Shown here piece by piece: positions 1 through 10,814 of a DNA stretch of 64,000 bases. Every line of letters begins with the position of its first letter. Positions within the stretch are counted from its first letter, which is position 1. The translations under genes and the position numbers were made by a program. The stretch covers positions 15,228 through 79,227 of the forward strand of contig JAUVXW010000016.1 in the NCBI GenBank assembly GCA_030603385.1. Direction: 5' to 3'. This stretch comes from Promethearchaeota archaeon. GTDB lineage: Archaea > Asgardarchaeota > Lokiarchaeia > Sigyniarchaeales > SOKP01. Under the pieces are notes generated by a model, which saw only the letters and a program-made list of their open reading frames with translations, was not told where the DNA came from and ran no database searches.

Positions 1-415
1 ATTGCATTTCCTACATTTTGAGAAAGATCGAAACCCAATAGGTTCAATCCCTAAATCTGGAAACTGATCAAAAATTTTGAGAGCATCATAAGGGCCATAA
101 TATTATGTATCTCATTTCAGTTTCAAAAGTGCTTAAAATAACCCGATCTTTTGGATAGTATTCATCAATTAAAACTCGATAAGATTCTATTTTAACTTCA
201 TCTAAGATATCTCCAAACTTCTTTTTACCAATTACAGGATTAATGAAAAGGCCATCACAATAAGTTAAACCAGCCTTCTGTACATATTCATGACCCAAAT
301 GAGGAGATTTCTTGTTTGAAACACTACTACTTTATCCCATTTCTTCTCTTTAAATAAAACTCTTGTATCAATTGGTTTTAAATCTACTTGAGGAGGAGGA
401 AGATCATCAAAGCAT
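1..415 (-). pseudogene. sat: Sulfate adenylyltransferase (ATP sulfurylase) remnant
   Basis: Minus strand reads ...WDKVVVFQTRN, frameshifts into (P)HLGHEYVQK...GLFINPVIGKKK...EMRY, then jumps in another frame to YYGPYDALKIFDQFPDLGIEP...CRKC. The QTRNxxHxGH motif is broken, the GRDHA segment is missing and there is no N-terminus. Confidence 0.85.
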
Positions 416-426
416 ATAAAGCTTAT

Positions 427-1527
427 TTAATCTAACAAAATCTTTTCTCTAATAATGTTTATAATTCTTTTTGCTGTGTTTCCATCCCATTTTTCAATTA
501 TTTGCCCTTTTTTATAATTATTAGATAAAATTCGATTAACATACATTTTAATTTTTTTAAAATCTTTATTAACAATAGTATTTGTTCCTTTTTCAACCGT
601 TATGGGTCTTTCTGTATTTTCACGTAGAGTTAACACAGGAATGTTAAGAAATGACGCCTCTTCTTGTATTCCTCCTGAATCTGTTAATATAAATTTAGAA
701 TTTTCCATTAAACTTAAAAACTCCAAGAATCCAACTGGTTCATTAATAAGAATATTTTGTTTTTTTATTTTAGAAATTAAATTAAATTTTTCCAAATTCT
801 TCTTCGTTCTAGGATGAACAGGAAAGAATAATTTGATTTTTTCTTGAATATAATTCAAAATTTCTATAATTTTTTCTAAATCTTCTTTATTATCTACATT
901 GGAAGGTCTATGACATGTAATTAATGCATATTTTTTTTTTTCTAAATTATATTTTTTAAGAACTTTAATATTCCTTGCTCTCTCTAAATTCATTAATAAA
1001 TTATCTATCATGATATTTCCAACAAAAAAAATCTTTTCTGGAGAGATACCTTCTTTTTTCAAATTAATTTCCGCACTTTTTTCACTTGTAAATAAATAAT
1101 CAGATAATTGGTCTGTTAAAATTCGATTAATTTCTTCAGGCATTCTAAAGTCGAAACTTCTTAGTCCGGCTTCAACATGGGCAACTTCTATGAAGAGTTT
1201 TTTAGCTACCAATGCGCATGCAATTGTAGAATTAACATCACCAACGACTATAACTAACTCTGGTGTTCTATCAGATAAAACTTTTTCAAATTCAATCATA
1301 ATCTTTGCTGTTTGAATTGCATGGGATGCTGAACCAATATTTAAATGAATATCTGGTTCTGGTATCCCAAAATTCTCAAAAAATATTTTAGACATATTAT
1401 AATCATAATGTTGTCCAGTGTGTATTAACTTAAACTCTATATTTTCTTTTTGAAATTCTTGAATTAATGGAGCAATTTTCATAAAATTGGGCCTTGCTCC
1501 AGCAATTAAATAAATTAAATTTGGCAT
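427..1527 (-). CDS. wecB: UDP-N-acetylglucosamine 2-epimerase (non-hydrolysing)
   Basis: GARPNFMK, HTGQHYD, GDVNST, HVEAGLRS, MPEEINR, TDSGGIQEEA and TERP motifs. Confidence 0.95.
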   Translation of the reverse strand: MPNLIYLIAGARPNFMKIAPLIQEFQKENIEFKLIHTGQHYDYNMSKIFFENFGIPEPDIHLNIGSASHAIQTAKIMIEFEKVLSDRTPELVIVVGDVNSTIACALVAKKLFIEVAHVEAGLRSFDFRMPEEINRILTDQLSDYLFTSEKSAEINLKKEGISPEKIFFVGNIMIDNLLMNLERARNIKVLKKYNLEKKKYALITCHRPSNVDNKEDLEKIIEILNYIQEKIKLFFPVHPRTKKNLEKFNLISKIKKQNILINEPVGFLEFLSLMENSKFILTDSGGIQEEASFLNIPVLTLRENTERPITVEKGTNTIVNKDFKKIKMYVNRILSNNYKKGQIIEKWDGNTAKRIINIIREKILLD

Positions 1528-1705
1528 TCTAAATTTAAACTTTTAAATTGGTTTTAAGTAAGAAAAACTAAGAAATAAATTAAAACTTAATTAAATATAA
1601 AGGATTTTGAAAGAAACTTCTATTTGAATTTAAATTATTGATAAAATTAATATCTCATATAAAAATCTATAATTTATTAAAAAACTTAAAGCAGTTTCCG
1701 TTAAA

Positions 1706-2881
1706 TTGAAGATAAAAATATTAAAAGATCTAATAAAAATAATTATTTCAAATCCACTTAATATTAACATTATCTTAAAGGATTTGTTAAAAATTGATGC
1801 TAAACCTTACTCAAATCAATATCATTTACAAAAAGGGATTAAATGGTTAATTTTAGCATTTAATAAAACAAAAGATGATGGTATTTCTTCTGACTATTCA
1901 TTAAAATCAGGTTGGAAACCTTCCTATCCCGAAACTTCGGGCTATATTATACCTACCTTGATTGAATATTATAATATGACACATAAAAATTATATAAAGC
2001 ATATTTGTAAAAAAATTGCAGAATGGTTAGTATCGATTCAGTTAGAAAATGGTGGATTTCAAGGAGGTTTGATTGGTGAAATTATTAAACCCTCTATTTT
2101 TAACACTGGTCAAATAATGTTTGGATTAATAGCTGCTTATAAAGAATTTGATGATGAAAAGTATTTAGATAGTTTAGTAAAAGCTGGTAACTTTTTGGTA
2201 CAAAATCAAGAAAATGATGGAAATTGGATAAATTATTGTTACAAAAACAAACCTCATACCTATAATGTTAGAGTTTCATGGGCTTTGTTAGAATTGTATA
2301 GAATCACTAAAATTGCTAAATATAAAAATACTGCTATTAAAAATTTAGATTGGGCTCTTATTCAACAAAAAAATAACTATTGGTTTGAAAATAATGATCC
2401 AAACATTAAATCTAAACCATTGCTCCATTATATAGCTTACACAATTAGAGGTTTCTTAGAATCAGGATTAATTTTAGAAAACAAAAATTACATTAAAACT
2501 GCATTTAGTGTGGCAAATAAACTATTAAATTATTTTGAAAAGCATAATAAATTACCCGCAAGGTTTAATTCTAATTGGGAAAGCACAGAATACTTTGCAT
2601 GTTTAACAGGAATTGCTCAAATCAATATTATTTGGTTTAAATTTTATGATATTTATCATAACCAAAAATTCTTAATAAATACTCTCAAATTAAATAATTA
2701 CTTAAAATCAACTCAGATTATTAATAAACATTACAAGGACGTTGATGGTGGTATTAAGGGATCAGATCCTATTTGGGGAAATTATATGAGATTTACCATT
2801 CTTAATTGGGCTGTAAAATTCTTTTGTGATTCATTACTTCTCGAAGAGAAAATAAAGGGAGAGTTAAATGATAATGATTAA
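1706..2881 (+). CDS. (alpha/alpha)-barrel protein with prenyltransferase/squalene-oxidase-like repeats, glycan-locus associated
   Basis: Repeated WL..Q..xGxW/F units (WLVSIQLENGGF, FLVQNQENDGNW), YPETSGY and NWAVKFF. TTG start. Confidence 0.6.
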   Translation: MKIKILKDLIKIIISNPLNINIILKDLLKIDAKPYSNQYHLQKGIKWLILAFNKTKDDGISSDYSLKSGWKPSYPETSGYIIPTLIEYYNMTHKNYIKHICKKIAEWLVSIQLENGGFQGGLIGEIIKPSIFNTGQIMFGLIAAYKEFDDEKYLDSLVKAGNFLVQNQENDGNWINYCYKNKPHTYNVRVSWALLELYRITKIAKYKNTAIKNLDWALIQQKNNYWFENNDPNIKSKPLLHYIAYTIRGFLESGLILENKNYIKTAFSVANKLLNYFEKHNKLPARFNSNWESTEYFACLTGIAQINIIWFKFYDIYHNQKFLINTLKLNNYLKSTQIINKHYKDVDGGIKGSDPIWGNYMRFTILNWAVKFFCDSLLLEEKIKGELNDND

Positions 2882-2883
2882 CT

Positions 2884-3873
2884 CTACTTTAAATATTCTT
2901 CTATCAATTCCAACGGATATAAGTTATTACTTTTTAAATAATCTTCCGTGGAGTAAATAGTAATCCCTATTTCTGCCAACTTTCTTAAATATATAATGAA
3001 ATCCCTAAGATTAAACCACCAAGACTCTGCATTTCCTATTTCTCCATGATGTAATATCTTTAAATAATCAAAAATCTCCTCCATATACTTACGAATAAAA
3101 GGATTTTTCTCTATTCTAGTTTTTGAGATTTTTGGATCATTTGGTTGAACCTCAACTTCGATTATATCACCATTTTCTAATTTACATTTTAATTTATAGG
3201 TCTCATCGACTTTTACTTTGACTGGAAAAGCATCTTCCATTATGTCCTCTAGATAATGATATTGGGTAGTCCAAGCAATTGTAATTCCAAGGCCAAAAAC
3301 TTTTCCATTCAACTCTATTATTTTTGCCCATGGCGAGTTTTTTCCACAAGTTCTATTACCTATATGATGGGTTTCAGTAACAAATTTAGAAAATTTTCCA
3401 AAAGCAGCAACAGAATGGCTTGGATGAATACTTCTATGAATTCCTTTGAATTTTAATAAAGCGTTTGGAATTGCTCCTGTATAGGCTTTACTTTTCTTAT
3501 GATCAAAAACAAAATCACCACTTTTACAATGTTTTAATACTCCTCCTCTCATGGGGTTTGTTGGCATTACTAAAGTCCCCTCTTCCCCTATTACTTCAAG
3601 TAATGCTTCAACTACAGTTTTAGGACCTCCTTTAACAAATCTAATACTGCTAAGTGAGCTATGTACCATTACAACATCTCCCCTTTCCAACCCAATCTCT
3701 TTGAAACCCTTAATTAAATCGACTTTAGTAAAGTGTTTCGATGTCTTTTTCAATGTTTTTTTTTTCTTTTTCGATTTTAAACTCTTTTTAATCTGAGAAC
3801 CCTTTTCTTTGAATTTTTTGAACAATTTTCCACCGTATAAATAAAAATACTTTTTTATACTAAATATTTTCAT
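2884..3873 (-). CDS. AAC(3)/YokD-family N-acetyltransferase
   Basis: GDVVMVHSSLS, GTLVMPT, RSIHPSHSVAAFG and SPW..I.ELNGKV.GLG motifs of the Antibiotic_NAT family. Confidence 0.85.
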   Translation of the reverse strand: MKIFSIKKYFYLYGGKLFKKFKEKGSQIKKSLKSKKKKKTLKKTSKHFTKVDLIKGFKEIGLERGDVVMVHSSLSSIRFVKGGPKTVVEALLEVIGEEGTLVMPTNPMRGGVLKHCKSGDFVFDHKKSKAYTGAIPNALLKFKGIHRSIHPSHSVAAFGKFSKFVTETHHIGNRTCGKNSPWAKIIELNGKVFGLGITIAWTTQYHYLEDIMEDAFPVKVKVDETYKLKCKLENGDIIEVEVQPNDPKISKTRIEKNPFIRKYMEEIFDYLKILHHGEIGNAESWWFNLRDFIIYLRKLAEIGITIYSTEDYLKSNNLYPLELIEEYLK

Positions 3874-3875
3874 TA

Positions 3876-4565
3876 TTAGACTCTTAAGCCTCCATTAACA
3901 TGTATTACTTGACCAACTAAATATTTTGATGATATTATATAATTAATAACCTTAAAAATTTCATCAGGATCTCCAAAATTTTTCAAAGGAATTTTCTCTT
4001 TAACCAATTTTTCGATTTTTTCACTCAATTGTAATCCCATTCCTATCTTAAAATAACCTAAAGCAACAGCATTTACAAATACTTTTCTTTTATGAAGACA
4101 CTCTAAAGCAAAAGATTTAGTGAATGCCTCAACACCACCTTTTGCTGCTACGTAATTAGAAGCACCAATCATTCCTGTGCTTCCTAAAATACTCGAAACA
4201 TTTATAATATGCCCATTATCAACTATTTTTTCAATTCCATATTTACAAGACAAGAAAACAGTCTTTAAATTTGATGTTATTACCCTATCCCATTCTTCCT
4301 CACTCATATTACATATTAAATTATTCTCAATAGTTCCCATAACATTAATTAAAACATCTAATGAATGAATTTCTGAAAAGATTTGTTTGGTTTCTTCCTC
4401 ATTAGTAAAATCACATTTAAAAACCTTTGATTTTGCTTTCATTGTTTCATAAATAGAATTTTTCGAAGTATTATATGTAAGATAAAGCTCATTTTCTTCA
4501 TTGTCAAATTCCTTTGTTAGATACCTGCCAATACCTCCGCTTGCACCACTTATCATAATTTTCAT
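3876..4565 (-). CDS. Short-chain dehydrogenase/reductase, FabG-like
   Basis: GASGGIG, NVSS, YVAAK (YxxxK), VNAVALG and GQVIHVNGG. Confidence 0.85.
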   Translation of the reverse strand: MKIMISGASGGIGRYLTKEFDNEENELYLTYNTSKNSIYETMKAKSKVFKCDFTNEEETKQIFSEIHSLDVLINVMGTIENNLICNMSEEEWDRVITSNLKTVFLSCKYGIEKIVDNGHIINVSSILGSTGMIGASNYVAAKGGVEAFTKSFALECLHKRKVFVNAVALGYFKIGMGLQLSEKIEKLVKEKIPLKNFGDPDEIFKVINYIISSKYLVGQVIHVNGGLRV

Positions 4566-4697
4566 TTAACTGACCTATCTAAACTAAATTAATTTTAAAT
4601 TTAATTCCAAGTCGTAATAACTAAAAAAATTAATAATAGAGTTTAAATTTTCTTTTTAAGAATAAAAAATATTTTTATCATCTAAAGCAACTTAACA

Positions 4698-5558
4698 ATG
4701 AAATATATTTGGAAAATCGTAAACAAAATTTGGAGTTATTTATTTACGAAAGAAAGATTAATGCATAAATTAGAAAGCGCTGATGATTATGCATTAAAAT
4801 CAGTAGCAAATGCACTAAGAAATGTTTTAAATTATATTATCCTTGATGCAGAAAAAGACTGGGTGGAAAAAATAGAATTAATTAGAAAAGAGCTATTGAA
4901 TTCAAAAAAAGTAATAACAATTGAAGATTATGGGGCACATGCTCCTAATTTAAATTTGACTGATGAAGATATGTACAAGGGGAAAATATTAAAAAAAACC
5001 GTAGGTGAAGCAACAAAATCTAGTATTTCATATAACAAAGGATTTCTATTATTTAAATTAATCAGAGAATTCAAACCATCTTTTTGTTTAGAACTTGGAA
5101 CAGCTTTGGGTATCTCCGCTTCATTTCAATTAGCGGCACTAGAAATGAATAATAAAGGAAGATTAATAACTATTGAAGGAGCTAAGTCGGTAGCAGAAAT
5201 TGCTAGAGAAAATTTTAAAAAGTTAGGATTATCAAGAATTTATAGCGAAATTGGTAGATTCCAAGATATTTTAGAATTAGTTATTAATGAAGTTAATCCT
5301 ATAGATTTTGTTTTTATTGATGGACACCATGATGAATACGCCACTTTAAATTACTTTGAAACAATATTTCCCTCTCTTTCTGATAATGCTATACTAGTAT
5401 TTGATGATATAAGATGGTCAAAAGGCATGAAAAGAGCTTGGAAAACTTTGATTAATGATGCACGTTTTAAATATACGATAGATTTATTTAAAATCGGCAT
5501 TTGTATTATTTCAAATTCAAACAATAAAAAAGAAAGTTTTAAATCATTTTTAAAGTAA
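4698..5558 (+). CDS. Class I SAM-dependent methyltransferase (Methyltransf_24-like)
   Basis: LELGTALGIS, FVFIDGHH and VFDDIRWS motifs. Confidence 0.85.
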   Translation: MKYIWKIVNKIWSYLFTKERLMHKLESADDYALKSVANALRNVLNYIILDAEKDWVEKIELIRKELLNSKKVITIEDYGAHAPNLNLTDEDMYKGKILKKTVGEATKSSISYNKGFLLFKLIREFKPSFCLELGTALGISASFQLAALEMNNKGRLITIEGAKSVAEIARENFKKLGLSRIYSEIGRFQDILELVINEVNPIDFVFIDGHHDEYATLNYFETIFPSLSDNAILVFDDIRWSKGMKRAWKTLINDARFKYTIDLFKIGICIISNSNNKKESFKSFLK

Positions 5559-6040
5559 ATGGTGAATCTTTATATATTGAACCAGGAAGTTTATATGCAT
5601 TATCAATGAATTTTTTTCATTATAGGGAAAGGTTAAGACTAAATGACCCTCTTTATTTAGAAGATTAAACATATTCAGAATTGCAGCTTCATGGTTCTTT
5701 ATATGTTCCAAAACGCTAATACATATGATAAAATCAAAAGTTTTGCTTAGTTTAGATTTTGTTATATCATCATTAATTATATAAATGTATATTAAATATT
5801 TGTTTACTCCAATAATCTTGAATGTTATCAATTGCTGTAACTAAAAAACCACAAGTTCTAATTAAACTAGGAAGTGTTGTTAATCATGTTCAAATATCAA
5901 GCACTGTTCTTGGCCATTCTTCTGTTAATGTTTTAAATACAAAACGATATTCTATAGATCTCTCTGACATCCTTTTGAAATTTTGGTTTTCATATTCTCT
6001 TTTACTTCTTTTTTTGTAATATATCCTAATAAAAGGTCTT
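5550..6040 (-). pseudogene. Degraded class I SAM methyltransferase
   Basis: Reads ERSIEYRFVF...VLDI*T*LTTLP (two TGA in motif I, at 5890-5892 and 5884-5886), then frameshifts into FDFIICISVLEHI...GHLVLTFPY, with a further frameshift near the end. Confidence 0.75.
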
Positions 6041-6084
6041 ATTAAAAATTCAAAAAGCTTCAATGAAAATTCCTCTCTTTCCTA

Positions 6085-6272
6085 TACCTAAAAAAGTATT
6101 GGTAAATAACATTAATTTAAGAATATTTGAATAAATTAAATAAGATTCTCCGTATATAAAAAATAAAAAAAATTCAACACAAAAGAATAATATTCCTGTT
6201 AATAATGCAAAAGAATATATTAGTATTAAATTATACAATTTTTTAATCTCTTCATTTTTATTCTTAGCTATT
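6085..6272 (-). pseudogene. Internal fragment of a flippase paralog
   Basis: LYNLILIYSFALLTGILFFCVEFFLFFIYGESYLIYSNILKLMLFT matches LYNLVLIYSIFLLTLITGVLFLCTEFFLVFIYGQSYLIYAKIFNLMLFT in 7719..9341. Confidence 0.8.
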
Positions 6273-6280
6273 TTTCATAC

Positions 6281-6703
6281 CAGACAGCTGCATTAGAATT
6301 GAATAATAGATAAAAATTAATAACAATCGAAGGATCAAAATCAATAGCAGAAATCACCAGGCAAAATTTTAAAGATCTAGGATTATCAAGAATTTATAGC
6401 GAAATTGGTAGATTCCAAGATATTTTAGAATTAGTTATTAAACCTATTGATTTAATTTTTATAGATAGTCATCACGAAGAAGTTACTACTTTAAACTATT
6501 TCAAAATAATAGTGCCATCACTTTCAGATCATGCAATACTTGTATTTAATGATTTAAATTGGTCAAAAGGTATGAAACGGGCATGGAAAGCAGTGAATAG
6601 TGATAATCGAATAAAATTTTCTATAAATTTAATAAAAATTGGTATATGTGTTATTTCGAAATCTAAAAACAAAAAAAGAAATTTCAAACTATTACTTATA
6701 TAG
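6281..6703 (+). pseudogene. 3' fragment of a paralog of methyltransferase 4698..5558
   Basis: Colinear with the C-terminal half of 4698..5558, including a 64-bp identical tract. It has an in-frame TAA near 6311 and no N-terminus. Confidence 0.8.
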
Positions 6704-6783
6704 AATATCTCTTAAAAATTTAAAATTGTTATCCTTATGAAAATCTTAAAAAAAAAATAACATTATGATTTAATTTATATTAT

Positions 6784-7686
6784 ATGAAAAAAGAAAGAGA
6801 ATTTTATTCTTACATCTATAATAGTAAAAATTATTTTTATGGCTTAGAATCAGAAAGAATTAATAGAATTTTAAAGAGAATTCCAAGTAAAGGTAGTATT
6901 TTAGAAATTGGATGTGGTGATGGAAGACTCCTCAATAAGATAAATGCAGATTTTAAAATTGGAATAGATTTTTCAATAAAACCTTTAATTCATGTTAAGA
7001 CTTTAACGTTTGCAGCAAACGTTAGTAATCTCCCTTTTTCTAATAATAGTTTTGACGTAGTAATATGTGCTGAAGTTCTAGAACACTTAGATAATACAAC
7101 CTATAACAAAACTCTTCATGAAATATTGAGAGTTTCTTCTCGATATATATTAATATCTGTTCCCTATAAGGAAAATTTAAATCAAAGAACCGCAAAATGT
7201 AAAAATTGCAATCGTTTTTTTAATGTAAGCTTACATTATAGAGCTTTTAATGAGGTTATGTTTGAAAAACTATTTCCAGATGCCTATATTATTTTAATTG
7301 AAAAATTTGGGTATAGAAACATTTTTCCTTACAATTTTAATAAATTAGAAAGATTAACAGGTAATTATTTTATCAAAAAAGAAATAATATGTCCTCACTG
7401 TGGAAAAAAAGACCCATGTAAGAGAAAAAATATAATAGGGAAGTTTTTAAACTTCATACTAATTATATTAAGAAATCTCTTTTTCTTTTACAAAAAGAAA
7501 AAATGCATTTGGATTTTAGCTATTTTTGAAAAAAGAGAACATCGGATTATTAAGAATTTTAAAATTGAAGATATTTTGATATGCCCATTATGTTTTAAAA
7601 GAATCACTATTAAAAATAATATAGCAAGATGTAATGAAGGGCATGAATTTTATTATATAGATAAAATCTTAGATCTAAGAGCATAA
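6784..7686 (+). CDS. Class I SAM methyltransferase with Cys-rich zinc-binding motifs and a Trm112-like C-terminal knuckle
   Basis: LEIGCGDG, LPFSNNSFDVVICAEVLEHL; CKNC, CPHC; C-terminal ILICPLC...CNEGHEF...ILDL. Confidence 0.75.
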   Translation: MKKEREFYSYIYNSKNYFYGLESERINRILKRIPSKGSILEIGCGDGRLLNKINADFKIGIDFSIKPLIHVKTLTFAANVSNLPFSNNSFDVVICAEVLEHLDNTTYNKTLHEILRVSSRYILISVPYKENLNQRTAKCKNCNRFFNVSLHYRAFNEVMFEKLFPDAYIILIEKFGYRNIFPYNFNKLERLTGNYFIKKEIICPHCGKKDPCKRKNIIGKFLNFILIILRNLFFFYKKKKCIWILAIFEKREHRIIKNFKIEDILICPLCFKRITIKNNIARCNEGHEFYYIDKILDLRA

Positions 7687-7718
7687 ATTTTCAGTTTTTA
7701 ATAATTTAAGAAGTCATT

Positions 7719-9341
7719 TTAATCTCTCACTATTTTCTTCAATAAGTTCATACATTTTCTAATAAAAATATGAGTCTTTGTATTTTTATCAAAAAAAGCT
7801 TTAATATATTCAATGTCTTTAGTAGTGAATACTTTTAAAATTACTAACAAAAATAAAAATATAAATATAAATGTGCAAATTGATAACAAATTTAATTTTT
7901 GGAAAAATGATAAGTTAAGTTTTTGAAGAATTAGATAATTTATTTTATCTAAAATTAAAATTTCTAAAAGCCATACTGCCCCTAAAGCTATAAAAAATGT
8001 TAAAAACAAAAATATTAATTTGATAACATTTAATTTAATTTTTCCAACTTTAATACTTAATACTAAAGCAATAATTGAAATTATTAAATTACTTATAATA
8101 ATGCCAAAAATCCCCCATAATAATCCAAAATTTATTAGAAATACCAAAAAGATTGGTATTCTTATTATAAAAGCAATTATCCTATAACTTAACATTATTT
8201 TCGTTTTTCCAATAGATAAAATCAATGCTTCAAAAGGCATTCCTATGCTTAAGAATATTAGAGTGAAAAGCATTAAATTAAAGATTTTTGCATAGATTAA
8301 ATAAGATTGTCCATAAATAAAAACCAAGAAGAATTCAGTACATAAGAATAATACTCCTGTTATTAATGTTAATAAAAATATCGAATATATTAGTACTAAA
8401 TTATACAATTTATTGATTTGATCATAATTATTTTTAGCGTTTAATCCTGAAAAAGTTATAATCAATGGATCAGAAAAAGTTCGAGCAGCATTGGAAGAAA
8501 CACCAATATAATTTTTCGAAATATTAAAGCCTGTTACTATTTCCACTGAAGTAAATGTTGCTATTGATTGAGTTTGGATCTCTGACCAAATTTCAGTGAA
8601 AAACCTTCCCAATCTGATAGGTCCACCATAATTTAGAGTTTTACTAATAAAATCTTTAAAATCTTCATTTCTTTTTTCTGTATGTTGAATTGTAGTATAT
8701 TTTATAATTACAATTAAACAACTTAAAATGAATGGAAATAAAAATGATAAAAGATTAATGTACGCCACAATTTCAATTTTAAGAGGGTTAAAAAAATAGA
8801 AACAAAATATTAAAGCGCTTATGTTAAAACAATATCTAATCAGTAATAATAAAAAAAGAACATTAAACATATTTAATCCTCTATAAATTGAAGCTAAAAC
8901 TTTATTTAAACTCAAAATTACTATAAGGGGAGACAAAATTATTAAAAGATTTGTATAATCTTTTAGAGTAGTTGTAAATATTTGACTAAAAAAAAAAAAT
9001 AAAAATAAACTGATGAGGAATAATGGACCTATAAATAATAATTTTAAGTAAATAGCTTTTTTTATGAAATATTTTAAATCACTATATTCTTTTAAAGCTA
9101 AATATCTTGGGATATGATAATTTAGAGTTGCGTCTAGTCCCGGAGGGAAAAAGCTTGAAATAATATTAAAAATTGCAATATATGAAAGAGTTATGATAAG
9201 AAAACCCCACAATTCTTTAGATATTAATCTTGCTAATAGAAATGAAGTTACTAATGAAAAAAAAAAAGATCCATAAGAATTTAAAAAAGAGTAAAGCGAA
9301 TTTTTAACTAAAATTCTATGATCTCTCGTGATTTTTGACAT
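7719..9341 (-). CDS. Oligosaccharide flippase (Wzx/MOP family)
   Basis: About 14 hydrophobic segments; N-terminal LVKNSLYSF...LLARLIS...WG pattern; glycosyltransferase context. Confidence 0.85.
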   Translation of the reverse strand: MSKITRDHRILVKNSLYSFLNSYGSFFFSLVTSFLLARLISKELWGFLIITLSYIAIFNIISSFFPPGLDATLNYHIPRYLALKEYSDLKYFIKKAIYLKLLFIGPLFLISLFLFFFFSQIFTTTLKDYTNLLIILSPLIVILSLNKVLASIYRGLNMFNVLFLLLLIRYCFNISALIFCFYFFNPLKIEIVAYINLLSFLFPFILSCLIVIIKYTTIQHTEKRNEDFKDFISKTLNYGGPIRLGRFFTEIWSEIQTQSIATFTSVEIVTGFNISKNYIGVSSNAARTFSDPLIITFSGLNAKNNYDQINKLYNLVLIYSIFLLTLITGVLFLCTEFFLVFIYGQSYLIYAKIFNLMLFTLIFLSIGMPFEALILSIGKTKIMLSYRIIAFIIRIPIFLVFLINFGLLWGIFGIIISNLIISIIALVLSIKVGKIKLNVIKLIFLFLTFFIALGAVWLLEILILDKINYLILQKLNLSFFQKLNLLSICTFIFIFLFLLVILKVFTTKDIEYIKAFFDKNTKTHIFIRKCMNLLKKIVRD

Positions 9342-9456
9342 ATTTGATATTCTAATAACTCATTTAAACAATTTAAATCAATTTTAGATTAAAGATATTA
9401 AAAATAAATTATTAGTTTAACTATATTTTTTTAAATTTTAAATAATATTTTGATAT

Positions 9457-10734
9457 ATGGGATATAATAAAGATTTTGAAATAGAAAATAAGTTTAAACC
9501 AAAAATATTTCATTTGCTCAATGTTTCTCTTCCAGATATATCTGGATATTCTATTCGAAGCCATAATATTCTTAAACATCAAAAGGAATATTGTTATATT
9601 TATGCAATAACAGAACCGGCTTATATTCAAAAGAAAACTCCAGATAATATTGAAAATATTTTATATTTCCGATTTCTACCAACTAAAGGTTATCAATTAT
9701 TTATCAATCCAAAAATAATAAAAATTGTGAGAAAAGCACAGATTTTAAATTGGTATTATCGTACAATTTTCAAAAACACACTATTTTCTCTAAAGAAATT
9801 AATTACTTTTTATAAACCCGATATACTACATGTTCATTCATCTAATTTCTATGGCTATTATATAAGTAAAATAGCAAAAAAACTTAAAATTCCTTTTATC
9901 TTTGAAGTTCGGGGTTTTATAGAGGATACACATGTAGGTTTAGGTATATTAAAACAAGGTTCCTTACAATACAATAATAAAAAAAAGTTTAGGCTGAAAA
10001 TAATCAAAAAAGCCGATGCAGTTATAACACTAGGACATGCTATGAAAAAAGAATTAATTTCTCAAGGTGTAGATAAAAATAAAATAAAAATCGTACCTAA
10101 TGGAGTTGATACAAAAGAATTACACCCAAAACCTCCCAAAATAACTTTAAAAGAAAAATTAAGCATTAAGAACGAAAAAATACTAGGATACATAGGATCT
10201 ATTCGAAGAATAGAGGGAATTGAAATACTTCTAAAAGCTATGGAAATTATTAAAAGAGAAATCAAAGATGTCTTTCTATTAATAATAGGTCCAGGTGATC
10301 CAATTTACATTAATGAATTAAAAATTATTGCTAAAAAATTAAAAATTAATAATTATGTTAAATTCCTAGGACCAGTTCCTAATTCTGAGATTGATGATTA
10401 TTATTCAATTTTAGATATTTGTATTATTCCAAGATTAAATATTCGAGTAAATCAACTTGTAACACCTTTAAAGCCCCTTGAAGTTATGGCAATGGGAAAA
10501 GTATTATTGGTTAGTGATCTTCCTGCACTAAAGGAATTAGTAAAACCAGATATATCAGGTGAATTATTTGAGACTGAAAATTCAGAGGATTTAGCAGATA
10601 AAATTATGAAATTTATCATTAATCCAGAGGAAACAAATCGATTGGGCCAAAGTGCTAGAAAATATGTTGAAAACAATTATAGCTGGCAAAAAATTATAAA
10701 AAAATACATCTCACTTTATGAGAGTTTATTATAA
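9457..10734 (+). CDS. Glycosyltransferase family 4
   Basis: GYSIRS, HVHS, FEVRGF, VPNGVD and PLKPLEVMAMGK motifs. Confidence 0.9.
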   Translation: MGYNKDFEIENKFKPKIFHLLNVSLPDISGYSIRSHNILKHQKEYCYIYAITEPAYIQKKTPDNIENILYFRFLPTKGYQLFINPKIIKIVRKAQILNWYYRTIFKNTLFSLKKLITFYKPDILHVHSSNFYGYYISKIAKKLKIPFIFEVRGFIEDTHVGLGILKQGSLQYNNKKKFRLKIIKKADAVITLGHAMKKELISQGVDKNKIKIVPNGVDTKELHPKPPKITLKEKLSIKNEKILGYIGSIRRIEGIEILLKAMEIIKREIKDVFLLIIGPGDPIYINELKIIAKKLKINNYVKFLGPVPNSEIDDYYSILDICIIPRLNIRVNQLVTPLKPLEVMAMGKVLLVSDLPALKELVKPDISGELFETENSEDLADKIMKFIINPEETNRLGQSARKYVENNYSWQKIIKKYISLYESLL

Positions 10735-10814
10735 TGAGAAATATAAAGAAAACAAAGATATTTTATAATACATAATGATATAATTAGACAATTATAAATC
10801 TATTTATCTGAGGT

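Noticed and set aside
2884-3873. Aminoglycoside resistance gene
   Set aside because: Family membership alone does not imply resistance; the context is glycan biosynthesis.
5884-5892. Two in-frame TGA codons exactly at the glycines of methyltransferase motif I (DI*T*), suggesting UGA=Gly or Sec recoding
   Set aside because: The same ORF also has frameshifts, a neighbouring pseudogene shows GGA to TAA at a Gly, and TGA is a normal stop elsewhere (e.g. 27794, 48590). Ordinary decay explains it.
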